From the NCBI GenBank assembly GCA_014380485.1, contig JACMJU010000111.1, positions 24,818-88,817 of the forward strand: 64,000 nt of DNA. The letters are read 5' to 3'. The stretch's first letter is position 1; each line of letters starts with the position of its first letter. The position numbers and the translations under genes were made by a program. The notes under the pieces were generated by a model. The model was given only the letters and a program-made list of their open reading frames with translations, did no database searches and was not told where the DNA came from. Of the stretch, positions 52,888-63,318 are shown piece after piece. The DNA comes from Methyloceanibacter sp. Its GTDB lineage: Bacteria > Pseudomonadota > Alphaproteobacteria > Rhizobiales > Methyloligellaceae.

Positions 52888-54224
52888 CAGACTTGCCCGA
52901 CGCCGGGAACCCGGTCGCCGCCGACGGTCCCATCGGGGTCGGCGTAGCGGTAGATGTTGCCCTCGAAGTTCCTCAAAATGAGGTCGTCGCCCTCGCGGCC
53001 CACGACATAGTCCGGAAGGAGCGGAATCTTGCCGCCGCCGCCCGGCGCATCGATCACATAGGTCGGCACGGCATAGCCCGTGGTATGGCCGCGCAGGCCC
53101 TGGATGATCTCGAGCCCCTTATCGACGCTGGTGCGGAAATGGGCCGAGCCCGAGATCGGATCGCATTGATAGAGGTAATAAGGCCTGACCCGCCGCATCA
53201 GGAGGCTATGGAAGAGGCCTTTGAGCGTCTCGACCTCATCGTTGATGCCCTTGAGCAGCACGGTCTGGCTGCCGAGCGGAATACCCGCATCGGCAAGCCG
53301 TGCGGTCGCCTCGTTGACTTCGGGGGTCAACTCGGAGGGATGGGTGAAGTGGAGGCTCATCCATAACGGATGATGCTTCTTGAGCACGCGGATCAAGGCG
53401 CGCGTCACCCGCATCGGCAAGACCACCGGCACTTTGGTGCCAAGCCGGACGAATTCGACATGCTTGATGGCCCGGAGCCGCCCGAGCAGATAGTCGAGCC
53501 GCTCGTCGGAGAGCGTCAACGGATCGCCGCCGGAAATCAACACGTCGCGGATCTCGGGATGCGCCGCGATATACTCGAGCGCCTCCTCCCATTGCGGCCG
53601 GCTGAAAGTATAGTCGCCGCCGGCCTCGCCCACCATGCGCGAGCGCGTGCAGTAGCGGCAATAGGTCGAGCAGAACCCGGTGGCGAGGAACAAGACGCGG
53701 TCGGGGTAGCGGTGCACCAGCCCCGGTACCGCGGTATGGCCATCCTCGCCGAGAGGATCGTCGGCCTCACCCGGCGTCTTGAGATATTCGGCGCCGACCG
53801 GGATATGGGTACGGCGGAGCGGCTCGGTTGCATCCTCCCGCGCCATGAGGCTCGCATAATAGGGCGTGATGCCGAGCGGCAGCGACCCCTGATGGCGGAC
53901 CACGGCGTCGCGCTCGTCCTCCGACAGCACGAAAATGCGCTCAAGCTCGGCGAGCGTGCGGATGCGTGAACGGGTCTGCCAGCGCCAATCGTTCCATTGG
54001 GCGGCATCCACTTCGGGGTAGTAGCGCTTGCGAAACGCGCGGGAAAGCGGCCCGATGGGGAAGCGTTCCATGCGCACCACGACCGCATCGAGCCGCGGCG
54101 GCTTCCCGGGGGAAGCCGGCGCGGGCAAGAGGGCGTTGATCGGGGGATGGGGTTTGATGAGGAGTCGAGATGTCGCCGGCGGGCGACTGGGCGGCTCTTC
54201 GGCCTCAACCTTAAGCAACTTCAT
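52887..54224 (-). CDS. kamA: KamA family radical SAM aminomutase (lysine 2,3-aminomutase-like)
   Basis: HRYPDRVL, CSTYCRYC, SGGDPL, YQCD, VIDAPGGGGKIP (PLP lysine); SD ggagggg before ATG 54224. Confidence 0.92.
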   Translation of the reverse strand: MKLLKVEAEEPPSRPPATSRLLIKPHPPINALLPAPASPGKPPRLDAVVVRMERFPIGPLSRAFRKRYYPEVDAAQWNDWRWQTRSRIRTLAELERIFVLSEDERDAVVRHQGSLPLGITPYYASLMAREDATEPLRRTHIPVGAEYLKTPGEADDPLGEDGHTAVPGLVHRYPDRVLFLATGFCSTYCRYCTRSRMVGEAGGDYTFSRPQWEEALEYIAAHPEIRDVLISGGDPLTLSDERLDYLLGRLRAIKHVEFVRLGTKVPVVLPMRVTRALIRVLKKHHPLWMSLHFTHPSELTPEVNEATARLADAGIPLGSQTVLLKGINDEVETLKGLFHSLLMRRVRPYYLYQCDPISGSAHFRTSVDKGLEIIQGLRGHTTGYAVPTYVIDAPGGGGKIPLLPDYVVGREGDDLILRNFEGNIYRYADPDGTVGGDRVPGVGQV

Positions 54225-54404
54225 GAGATCGGTGTCCCCTCCGGGCGCTCGACGGATCGGCCTTGGCGCCAACCGCCTGCTCTGGGTCCGTCAAAAGCGC
54301 GAGTCATTTCAGCGACCTCGCACTGGATTTCAAGTCATAAGTGGTCAAGCCCCCAATTTTTTTTGGAACGCATCCCGCAGGGAGACGCAAGCGCGATGCG
54401 ACCG

Positions 54405-55703
54405 TCAGCCCGAATGCTGCACCACGGCGACGAAGAAGCCATCGGTGCCGTGATCGCGCGGCGTCATCAGGAGCGTCTCGGCAGAGCCGTCCGCGGACGG
54501 CACCGGCGGATGCCCCGCCAGCGCCCGCTCCCAGAGTTCCGGCCAGGATACGAGCTTAAATTCGGGATGGCGGGCGAGAAAGAAGTCCACCTGATCGCGG
54601 TTCTCCGACGGCAAGACGGAGCAGGTGATATAGGCGAGACGGCCGCCGGGCTTGACGAGCCCGGCACCCTCGTCGAGCACGGCCCTCTGCTCGGCGAGGC
54701 GCGCCTCGAGCATCCCTGGCGAGAGGCGCCATTTGGCGTCGGGGCGACGCCGCCACACGCCCGAGCCGGTGCAGGGCGCGTCGATGAGCACGAGATCCAT
54801 TTTGCCGGCGAGCTTCGCCAAGGCCTCGCGTTCGCCCGGCGGCAGCACCTGGACGTTCCGCACCCCCGCCCGCTTCAGCCGCTCGAAGATCGGCCTGAGG
54901 CGCAAGGTATCGGCATCGTAAGCATAGAGCTGACCGGTATTCTCCATCAGCGCCGCCAAGCCCAGGGTCTTGCCGCCGGCCCCGGCGCAAAGATCGATGA
55001 CCTGTTGGCGCGGGCCCGCACCAGAAAGAAGCGTGGCGAGCTGCGAGCCCTCGTCCTGCACTTCGTACCAGCCTTTGCCGTGACCCGGCTCGGCCTCGAG
55101 ATGGGGAGTGCGGCCCGGGCCTTCGGCCGGCGCGATGCGGACACCGACCGGAGAGTGCGGCGTAGGCGTTGGCTCGAAGCGGCGCAGCGCCTTCAGCACC
55201 TTGTCGCGATCGGCCTTCAGCGTGTTCACCCTGAGATCGATGGGAGCGCGCCGCGCCAGCGCCGCTCCCTGTTCGGCCGCCCTTGCACCGAAAGCCCGCT
55301 CGAATTCAGGCCCGAGCCAATCGGGATAGTCTCCCTTCACGGGAGCGGGGGTATCGGGGGGAAGCTCACGCCTGAGCCCCGCCAGCTCCGCCTCGGAGAG
55401 CGGCTCGAGCGCATGGCGGCTGCCATCGGCAAGGGCGGCCGCCTCCTCCGGCGCGAGCCGCCAGTGGGTCACGAGGGTGCGCAGCACGAGCGCACGCGGG
55501 CTGGTCGCGCCCATGGCGAAGGCCGCCGACGCGCGGGCGCGCAAAGAGTCGAAGACGAGATTTCCGATCGCCGCCCGGTCGCTCGACCCGGCGAAGCGAT
55601 GGGACAGCCCCCAATCCTTCAACGCCTCGGCGGCGGGGCGCTTGCGCGCGTCGATATCGGTCAGCACCTCGACGGCAGCCGCCGCGCGCGCTCCTGGCGT
55701 CAT
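54405..55703 (-). CDS. RsmB/NOP family RNA m5C methyltransferase
   Basis: VQDEGSQ, DLCAGAGGKT, DAPCTGSG, YITCS, DGFF. Confidence 0.94.
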   Translation of the reverse strand: MTPGARAAAAVEVLTDIDARKRPAAEALKDWGLSHRFAGSSDRAAIGNLVFDSLRARASAAFAMGATSPRALVLRTLVTHWRLAPEEAAALADGSRHALEPLSEAELAGLRRELPPDTPAPVKGDYPDWLGPEFERAFGARAAEQGAALARRAPIDLRVNTLKADRDKVLKALRRFEPTPTPHSPVGVRIAPAEGPGRTPHLEAEPGHGKGWYEVQDEGSQLATLLSGAGPRQQVIDLCAGAGGKTLGLAALMENTGQLYAYDADTLRLRPIFERLKRAGVRNVQVLPPGEREALAKLAGKMDLVLIDAPCTGSGVWRRRPDAKWRLSPGMLEARLAEQRAVLDEGAGLVKPGGRLAYITCSVLPSENRDQVDFFLARHPEFKLVSWPELWERALAGHPPVPSADGSAETLLMTPRDHGTDGFFVAVVQHSG

Positions 55704-56131
55704 CAGGTCGAAGCTTGCAGCAGGAAGCGGGCGATGACGATCACCCACATGAGCAAGAGCGCGATGGCGCCGACCCCGAAGACCCCGGTGCGGCGATCGA
55801 GCCGGTTCGAGGTCACATGGACATAAGCGTGGACGAGCCGTGACAGCACGAACAGCCAGCTCAAGATCAACACCACCACGTCGAGCGTCTCGGTCTGAAG
55901 CGCGAGCAGCACCACCACGTAGAACAGGACCGGCAGTTCGAGTTGGTTGTGGAAGGCATTGCCGATCTGGACCACCCGCGCCGGCCAATTGGGCTCACGC
56001 AGCCGCACCTGTTGCGGATCGACCTGGCCCGTGCGGATGGCGCTCAAGCGAAGCGCTCCCATCCAAAACAGGAGCACGAAGGTGAGGCCCACCTGCACGA
56101 ACATCGGTATGAGAATAGCCTGGACCGACAT
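55703..56131 (-). CDS. MAPEG family membrane protein
   Basis: NQLELPVLFY, SRLVHAYVH. Confidence 0.92.
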   Translation of the reverse strand: MSVQAILIPMFVQVGLTFVLLFWMGALRLSAIRTGQVDPQQVRLREPNWPARVVQIGNAFHNQLELPVLFYVVVLLALQTETLDVVVLILSWLFVLSRLVHAYVHVTSNRLDRRTGVFGVGAIALLLMWVIVIARFLLQAST

Positions 56132-56367
56132 GTCGCCCTCCCCTTGTTGACATGCGCTATGCGACCGGCACGCACCGGAGGAGCTAGAGCAATGTCCACG
56201 CCATTAGGCAAGTCAATCGTGACCTTTGGCTTCACCTTGGCGGCGGTGCCCATCTGGCTCCGGCATCGCCCGGTAATCATGGACGGAAGTTCAATTGACG
56301 GGGGCCCGAAGCCCCCTCTAAACCTACCCGCAAAGACCCACGACCCGCGTTCCCAAGGAGGATTTCC

Positions 56368-57201
56368 ATGCGCGTTCGCGCCCCCTATGCCTTCTTCTGC
56401 GCCGCCCTTTCCGGCGCGCTCCTTTCCCCTGCCTGGTTCACCCCCGCCAGGGCTGAAGTGAGCAATCCCTGTTTCACCGGCGAGGGTTCGGTCAAGGAGG
56501 TGATCGATGCCTGCGCCGCCTTCATCGCCTCGGGCTCGACCGACAACACTCAGGTCATCAGGGCCCATAGCGTCCGCGCCATGGCGTTTTCGGCGGTAGG
56601 CGATCTCGACGCGGCGGTCGCCGAGATGGATGCAGCCGTGAAGATCGACGCCACCAAGCCCAATTCCTATTTCATGCGGGCGGCCGCCTACCAAGCCAAG
56701 CGGGACTACGACAAGGCCATCGCCGATCTCGACGAGGCCATTCGCCTCGATGGCAAGCAGGGCGATTACTTCCTGCTGCGTGGCATGGTTTACCGCGACA
56801 AAGGCGACCTCGACCGGGCGCTCTCCGAACTCAACGAGAAGGTCAAGCTCGATCCGGAGGCGTCGGTCGGCTACTCCAAGCGCGGCGACATTTACCGGCA
56901 GCGCAAGGAATACGATCTTGCCGTCGCCGACTTCGATCACGTGATTAAGTCCGATGCCAAAGACGCCAAGGCCTATATCGATCGCGGCTGGGCGTTCGTG
57001 CTCAAGAACGATCTTGACAGAGCGGGGGCCGATTTCGACAAGGCGCTCGAGTTGCAACAGAACGATCCTTCGGCCCTGGTCGGCCGCGGCCTGGTGAAGA
57101 GCCGCAAAGGAAAGCCCACCGACGGGAGCGCCGACCTCGCGCTCGCCAAGCAGCTCGAGCCCGGCATTTTCGACGAGATCCGGAAGCTCGGCGTCGAGTA
57201 G
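56368..57201 (+). CDS. Exported TPR repeat protein
   Basis: Signal peptide, about 6 TPRs (AIADLDEAIRLD pattern). Confidence 0.92.
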   Translation: MRVRAPYAFFCAALSGALLSPAWFTPARAEVSNPCFTGEGSVKEVIDACAAFIASGSTDNTQVIRAHSVRAMAFSAVGDLDAAVAEMDAAVKIDATKPNSYFMRAAAYQAKRDYDKAIADLDEAIRLDGKQGDYFLLRGMVYRDKGDLDRALSELNEKVKLDPEASVGYSKRGDIYRQRKEYDLAVADFDHVIKSDAKDAKAYIDRGWAFVLKNDLDRAGADFDKALELQQNDPSALVGRGLVKSRKGKPTDGSADLALAKQLEPGIFDEIRKLGVE

Positions 57202-57213
57202 GATCGCGACATG

Positions 57214-57328
57214 CCTCCCCCTTGCGGGGAGGCCCGACGTCGCTCTTGCGACGCTGGGGTGGGGGCGCGTCTTCACCCCGCCCGGGGCGCTCTAAGAGCG
57301 CACGACCCTCCCCATCGAGGGGAGGGAT
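57214..57328. repeat. CCTCCCC/GGGGAGG-type palindromic intergenic repeat
   Basis: cctcccccttgcggggagg...ggggtggggg...caccccgccc...ccctcccc-atcga-ggggaggg. Confidence 0.8.
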
Positions 57329-57371
57329 GAAGAGAGCCTGCTGCGATGACGAATGGATAGAATGAGAGCCC

Positions 57372-58958
<1,587 letters not shown>

Positions 58959-59104
58959 TTAGCACTTTGGGCCGGGTTTGGGAAGGCAATGGAGGAGCTA
59001 TTTGCCGAGGACGCAGCCGGGGCCTTGGCGCGACGCGACTAGCGCATCGCCGAGCTCGAAGCCGAGAATGCCCTCTTGCCGCGCTGTCCCCGCGGCGACC
59101 GGAA

Positions 59105-59791
59105 CTATTTGGTCTTGACGCTCGACGCCGCAGGCGCGGGGAACAGCCAGCCAAATAGATAGGCGGCGACCACCGCGCCGAGGATCTGGGCGACGATGAA
59201 AACCGGGGCATCGGCCGGAGCAATGCCTGAAAACGTGTCGCTGAGCGACCGGGCAATGGTCACCGCTGGGTTGGCGAAGGAGGTGGAAGACGTGAACCAA
59301 TAGGCAGAGCCGATATAGAGGCCGACCGACGCGGCAAGGGCTTCCGGCCTAAAACGGAGACAGCCGAGAATGGTCGCGATCAGCCCGAACGTTGCGATGA
59401 ATTCGCCGAGCCATTGGCCGGAGCCCGTCCGCGCCGTCGCCGAAAGCTGGATCGGCTCGAGGCCGAACATCAGATGCGCCGCCACCGCTCCGAGACACCC
59501 GCTCGCAATCTGCACCACGACATAGAGCAGCGCCGTACGGCCCTCGATATCGCCGCGGAGCAGCATCACCAACGTCACCGCCGGATTGAACTGGGCGCCC
59601 GAAACCGAAACGAAGATGGTGATGATGACGACCAGGATCGCGGCGGTGGCGACCGTGTTGCAGAGAAGCGCGAGCGCGACATTTCCCCCGGCCAGATTCT
59701 CGGCCATGATGCCCGAGCCGACCACCGCCATGACGAGAAAGAACGTGCCGAGCGCCTCGGCCGCCAGGCGCCGCGTCAGATCGATTTGCAT
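59105..59791 (-). CDS. MIP family aquaglyceroporin (AqpS-like)
   Basis: SGAQFNPAV and [18 protein letters not shown]. Confidence 0.9.
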   Translation of the reverse strand: MQIDLTRRLAAEALGTFFLVMAVVGSGIMAENLAGGNVALALLCNTVATAAILVVIITIFVSVSGAQFNPAVTLVMLLRGDIEGRTALLYVVVQIASGCLGAVAAHLMFGLEPIQLSATARTGSGQWLGEFIATFGLIATILGCLRFRPEALAASVGLYIGSAYWFTSSTSFANPAVTIARSLSDTFSGIAPADAPVFIVAQILGAVVAAYLFGWLFPAPAASSVKTK

Positions 59792-59813
59792 TAGGCTCCT
59801 GCTCCCATTCCAT

Positions 59814-59910
59814 TGTCATTGCCCGGCTTGACCGGGCAATCCAGTAGGCCCGGCGCGCACGGATAGCGAAGGTCAGTGGTTACTGGATTCCCGCCTTCGC
59901 GGGAATGACA
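59814..59910. repeat. GTCA-type REP-like palindromic element
   Basis: tgtcattgcccggcttgaccgggcaatccagta...tactggattcccgccttcgcgggaatgaca: two inverted hairpin units. Confidence 0.85.
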
Positions 59911-59926
59911 GGGGCGGATAGCGTTC

Positions 59927-60982
59927 TCAACAACAACCGCCGCCCGCCTTGGCGGGCGCCCCTGCGGTCGCGGCGAAGGGGAGCGAGGTCCCGCAGCCGG
60001 GGAAGATGCCGTAATGGGTGGCAAAGTCGCCGATGAAATCGAAATGCGGGGCAAAGCGCGTATCGGCCAGCATGCGCCAGGTGTTGCCGCATACCGGGAA
60101 CACCTTGCCGCGTTCGATGAGGTGATGCCCGTCGAGCGCAAACGCGTCGGGCTGTTCCGGCACGGTCCCCTTATAGACCACGGCTTGACCGTAATCCTCG
60201 CACGCCGTCTCGAGCCCATCGAGCTTGAACAGCCGGTAGGTCGCCGAGAAGAACTGCGCCTGGCCGAGCTTGGCGCGCATCGCCGCGTTCTCGACCGTGA
60301 TGGGGCGGCTCGTCACCAGCCGCGGATCGAGGAAACCCGCCTGCTTGGCCATGGGCAGAAAGTCGTTCCAATAGAGCGCGCCGCCAAGGCACTCGCCGTA
60401 GAGCAGTGGATCGGCTCTGACCTGATCCGGGAGGCGCCGGTCGCAATAGACATCGGCGAAATAGAGCTCGCCGCCGGGCTTCAGCAGGTCGAAGGCGCCG
60501 CGCAGTACCGCGAGCTTGTCGATCGAGAGATTGATGACGCAGTTCGACACGATCACGTCGAAGCTCGCGGGCGGCAAGCCGAGCGCGCCGAGCTCCTCGA
60601 TATAGCCCTTGAGGAATCTCACGTTTCGGCGGCGATAGCCGAAACGACGCATGTGCCAATCGACATGGGCGTTCGCCGTTGCCAATTGCTCGTCGGTCAT
60701 GTCGACCCCGACGACTTCGCCCTCTCCTCCAACCAGCTGTGCGATGAGATAGACGTCGCGGCCCGAGCCCGAGCCGAGATCGAGGACGCGGGCACCTTCC
60801 ACGGCTTGCGGCACCACGAGGCCGCAACCGTAATATTTGGCGCGCACCTCCTCATGCACGTCGGCGAGCAACGCCTCGAGATGCGGAGGCGCCCCGCCCC
60901 CATCGCAGCAAGCTGAGGTCTTCAAATCCTCCGAGCTTTTCAGGACCTTGCCGTAATACTCCTTCACCACTTCGAGATTCAT
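59927..60982 (-). CDS. Arsenite methyltransferase-like SAM methyltransferase (ArsM/AS3MT family)
   Basis: KTSACC, YYGCG, LDLGSGSGRD, SNCVINL, GECLGG, C-terminal GGCC. Confidence 0.85.
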   Translation of the reverse strand: MNLEVVKEYYGKVLKSSEDLKTSACCDGGGAPPHLEALLADVHEEVRAKYYGCGLVVPQAVEGARVLDLGSGSGRDVYLIAQLVGGEGEVVGVDMTDEQLATANAHVDWHMRRFGYRRRNVRFLKGYIEELGALGLPPASFDVIVSNCVINLSIDKLAVLRGAFDLLKPGGELYFADVYCDRRLPDQVRADPLLYGECLGGALYWNDFLPMAKQAGFLDPRLVTSRPITVENAAMRAKLGQAQFFSATYRLFKLDGLETACEDYGQAVVYKGTVPEQPDAFALDGHHLIERGKVFPVCGNTWRMLADTRFAPHFDFIGDFATHYGIFPGCGTSLPFAATAGAPAKAGGGCC

Positions 60983-61048
60983 GGCGCTGCTCCTCACCAG
61001 AACAGGGAATTGGCTGGACATTAACAGTAACAGTGCGCGTGGTGCGGC

Positions 61049-61072
61049 GCAGCACAATAAGCAGCACAATAA
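61049..61072. repeat. 12-bp tandem direct repeat upstream of the arsM-like gene
   Basis: gcagcacaataa x2. Confidence 0.8.
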
Positions 61073-61094
61073 AATGCAAAGTCCCGTGAACGCC

Positions 61095-61811
61095 TCATGC
61101 CGCGCTCTCGACGCCGCGAAACCCGGTGGCCACCACATACATCTCGGCGGATTCGGCGCGGCTCGCTTTCGGTTTCACATGACGAACCTTGGCGAAGGAG
61201 CGGTTGAGCCGGGCGACCAGCTCGCGGCTCGCCCCGCCCTGGAGCACCTTGCAGAGGAAGGTGCCGCCCGGGGCGAGAATGTCCTCGGCGAGATCGAGCG
61301 CGGCCTCGGCCAGGCCCATGATGCGGAGATGGTCGGTGGATTTGTGCCCGGTCGCCGGCGTGTGCATGTCGGACAGCACCACATCCGCCTTCTCGCCGCC
61401 CAAGGCATCGCCGATGCTATCCGACGCCTCCGGATCGGTGAGGTCGAGCGTGAGTTCGACCACGCCCGAGATCGGCTCCATCGCCGCGAGGTCGACGGCG
61501 ACCACGCGACCCTGTCCCGCCATCACCCCCACTCTCTGCGCGGCGATCTGGCTCCACCCACCCGGCGCCGCGCCCAAATCGACCACGGTCATGCCCGGTC
61601 GCAGCAGACGGTGCTTGTCGTCGATCTCGGCGAGCTTGAAGGCGGCGCGGCTGCGATACCCTCGGCGCTTCGCCTCCTCGACATAGGGATCGTTGAGCTG
61701 GCGCTGGAGCCAGCGGGTCGAGGCGAGCTTCCGCCCCTTGGCGGTGCGGACTCTGACCGCGAGCTTGCGCCCCGGCCCCGATCCGTCGCGACCCTTCTTC
61801 GGCCTCACCAT
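61095..61811 (-). CDS. rlmE: 23S rRNA Um2552 methyltransferase
   Basis: WLQRQLNDPY, YRSRAAFKL, DLGAAPGGW, LSDM, KPKASR.ES.E. Confidence 0.97.
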   Translation of the reverse strand: MVRPKKGRDGSGPGRKLAVRVRTAKGRKLASTRWLQRQLNDPYVEEAKRRGYRSRAAFKLAEIDDKHRLLRPGMTVVDLGAAPGGWSQIAAQRVGVMAGQGRVVAVDLAAMEPISGVVELTLDLTDPEASDSIGDALGGEKADVVLSDMHTPATGHKSTDHLRIMGLAEAALDLAEDILAPGGTFLCKVLQGGASRELVARLNRSFAKVRHVKPKASRAESAEMYVVATGFRGVESAA

Positions 61812-61899
61812 ACGTTAGTCACCCGGTTTGCCGCCTGCGCTTGACGCTTGGGGCCGCTTGGCCCCATCACCACCTCGTCGCCGCTCCAACACCTGCCAC

Positions 61900-63315
61900 A
61901 TGCCCCGCTACTTCGTCACCCTTATCGTCGCCGTCGCCCTGTTCATGGAGCAGATGGACTCGACGGTGATCGCGACCTCGCTGCCGGCCATTGCCGCCGA
62001 TCTCCACGAGGATCCGGTCGCGCTCAAGCTGGCGCTCACCTCATATCTGTTGTCGCTTGCCGTGTTCATCCCGCTGAGCGGCTGGGTCGCCGACCGCTTC
62101 GGCGCCCGCACCGTCTTCCGCGCCGCCATCGTCGTCTTTACCTTGGGCTCGGCGGCCTGCGGCTTCGCCCAAGGGCTTCCCGATTTGGTCGCCTACCGCA
62201 TCGTTCAGGGTCTCGGCGGCGCCATGATGGTTCCGGTCGGCCGTCTCGTGATCTTGCGCTCGGTGCCGAAGGCGGAGCTGATCTCTGCGCTCGCCTGGCT
62301 CACCGTGCCGGCGCTCATGGGGCCGGTGATCGGCCCCCCACTCGGCGGCTTCATCACCACCTTCGCGTCATGGCGCTGGATCTTTTGGATCAATATCCCG
62401 ATCGGGATCGTCGGCATCATCCTCGCCACGCGCTACATCGCCAACATTCGCGAGGAGAGGCTGCCGCCCCTCGACGTCAAAGGCTTCATTCTCTCCAGTA
62501 TCGGGCTGGCCGGGCTCGCCTTCGGCATTACCAATATCGGCCAGGGGCTCTTCCCCTCAGCGGTGGTGCTTGCGCTTCTTGCCACGGGCGTCGTTGGCTG
62601 CTGGCTCTATGTGCGCCACGCCCGCGTGGCCACAGCCCCGTTGCTCGATCTCAATCTGCTCAAGGTCGATACCTTCTACGCCAGTGTTGTCGGCGGTTTT
62701 CTCTTTCGCATCGGCGTCGGCGCCGTTCCCTTCCTCCTGCCGCTCTTCCTCCAGCTCGGCTTCGGGCTCAGCCCGCTCCAATCCGGATTGCTTACTTTCG
62801 CCAGCGCCGTCGGTGCGATCGCCATGAAGACCACTGCGGCGCCGATCATTCGCCGGTTCGGCTTCAAGCGCATATTGGTGACAAATGCGGTGGTGAGCAG
62901 CCTGTTCCTCGCCGCCATTGCTCTCTTTACCGCCGGCACGCCTCACAGCGTCGTGCTCGCCGTGCTGCTCACCGGCGGCTTCTTCAAGTCGCTCCAATTC
63001 ACCGCCATCAATACGCTCGCCTACGCCGACATCGACGCACGCGCCATGAGCCGGGCAACCAGCTTCGCCAGCGTCGCCCAGCAGCTGTCGCACTCGGCCG
63101 GGGTCGCCGTGGGTGCGCTGGTGCTTGAGCTCGAGCGCATGGGGCGCCCCGATGCGAGCGTCGTTGCGGGAGATTTCCCGTTGGCCTTCATTCTCGTCGG
63201 GGCGATTGCCGCAAGCTCGGCGCTGGTGTTCATGGGGCTGTCCAAGGACGCCGGTGCGAGCCTATCGGCGCGGGCCCGACCCGTGGGGGAAGATCAATCG
63301 GCTCAGGCGTCTTAA
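61900..63315 (+). CDS. DHA2-type MFS transporter
   Basis: MDSTVIATSLP, GWVADRFG, QGLGGAMMVPVGR, GPPLGG, WRWIFWIN. Confidence 0.93.
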   Translation: MPRYFVTLIVAVALFMEQMDSTVIATSLPAIAADLHEDPVALKLALTSYLLSLAVFIPLSGWVADRFGARTVFRAAIVVFTLGSAACGFAQGLPDLVAYRIVQGLGGAMMVPVGRLVILRSVPKAELISALAWLTVPALMGPVIGPPLGGFITTFASWRWIFWINIPIGIVGIILATRYIANIREERLPPLDVKGFILSSIGLAGLAFGITNIGQGLFPSAVVLALLATGVVGCWLYVRHARVATAPLLDLNLLKVDTFYASVVGGFLFRIGVGAVPFLLPLFLQLGFGLSPLQSGLLTFASAVGAIAMKTTAAPIIRRFGFKRILVTNAVVSSLFLAAIALFTAGTPHSVVLAVLLTGGFFKSLQFTAINTLAYADIDARAMSRATSFASVAQQLSHSAGVAVGALVLELERMGRPDASVVAGDFPLAFILVGAIAASSALVFMGLSKDAGASLSARARPVGEDQSAQAS

Positions 63316-63318
63316 GCC

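Noticed and set aside
52887-54224. kamA as EF-P beta-lysylation enzyme EpmB or part of lysine fermentation
   Set aside because: No efp/epmA or kamDE neighbours; it is coupled to ATP-grasp ligases instead
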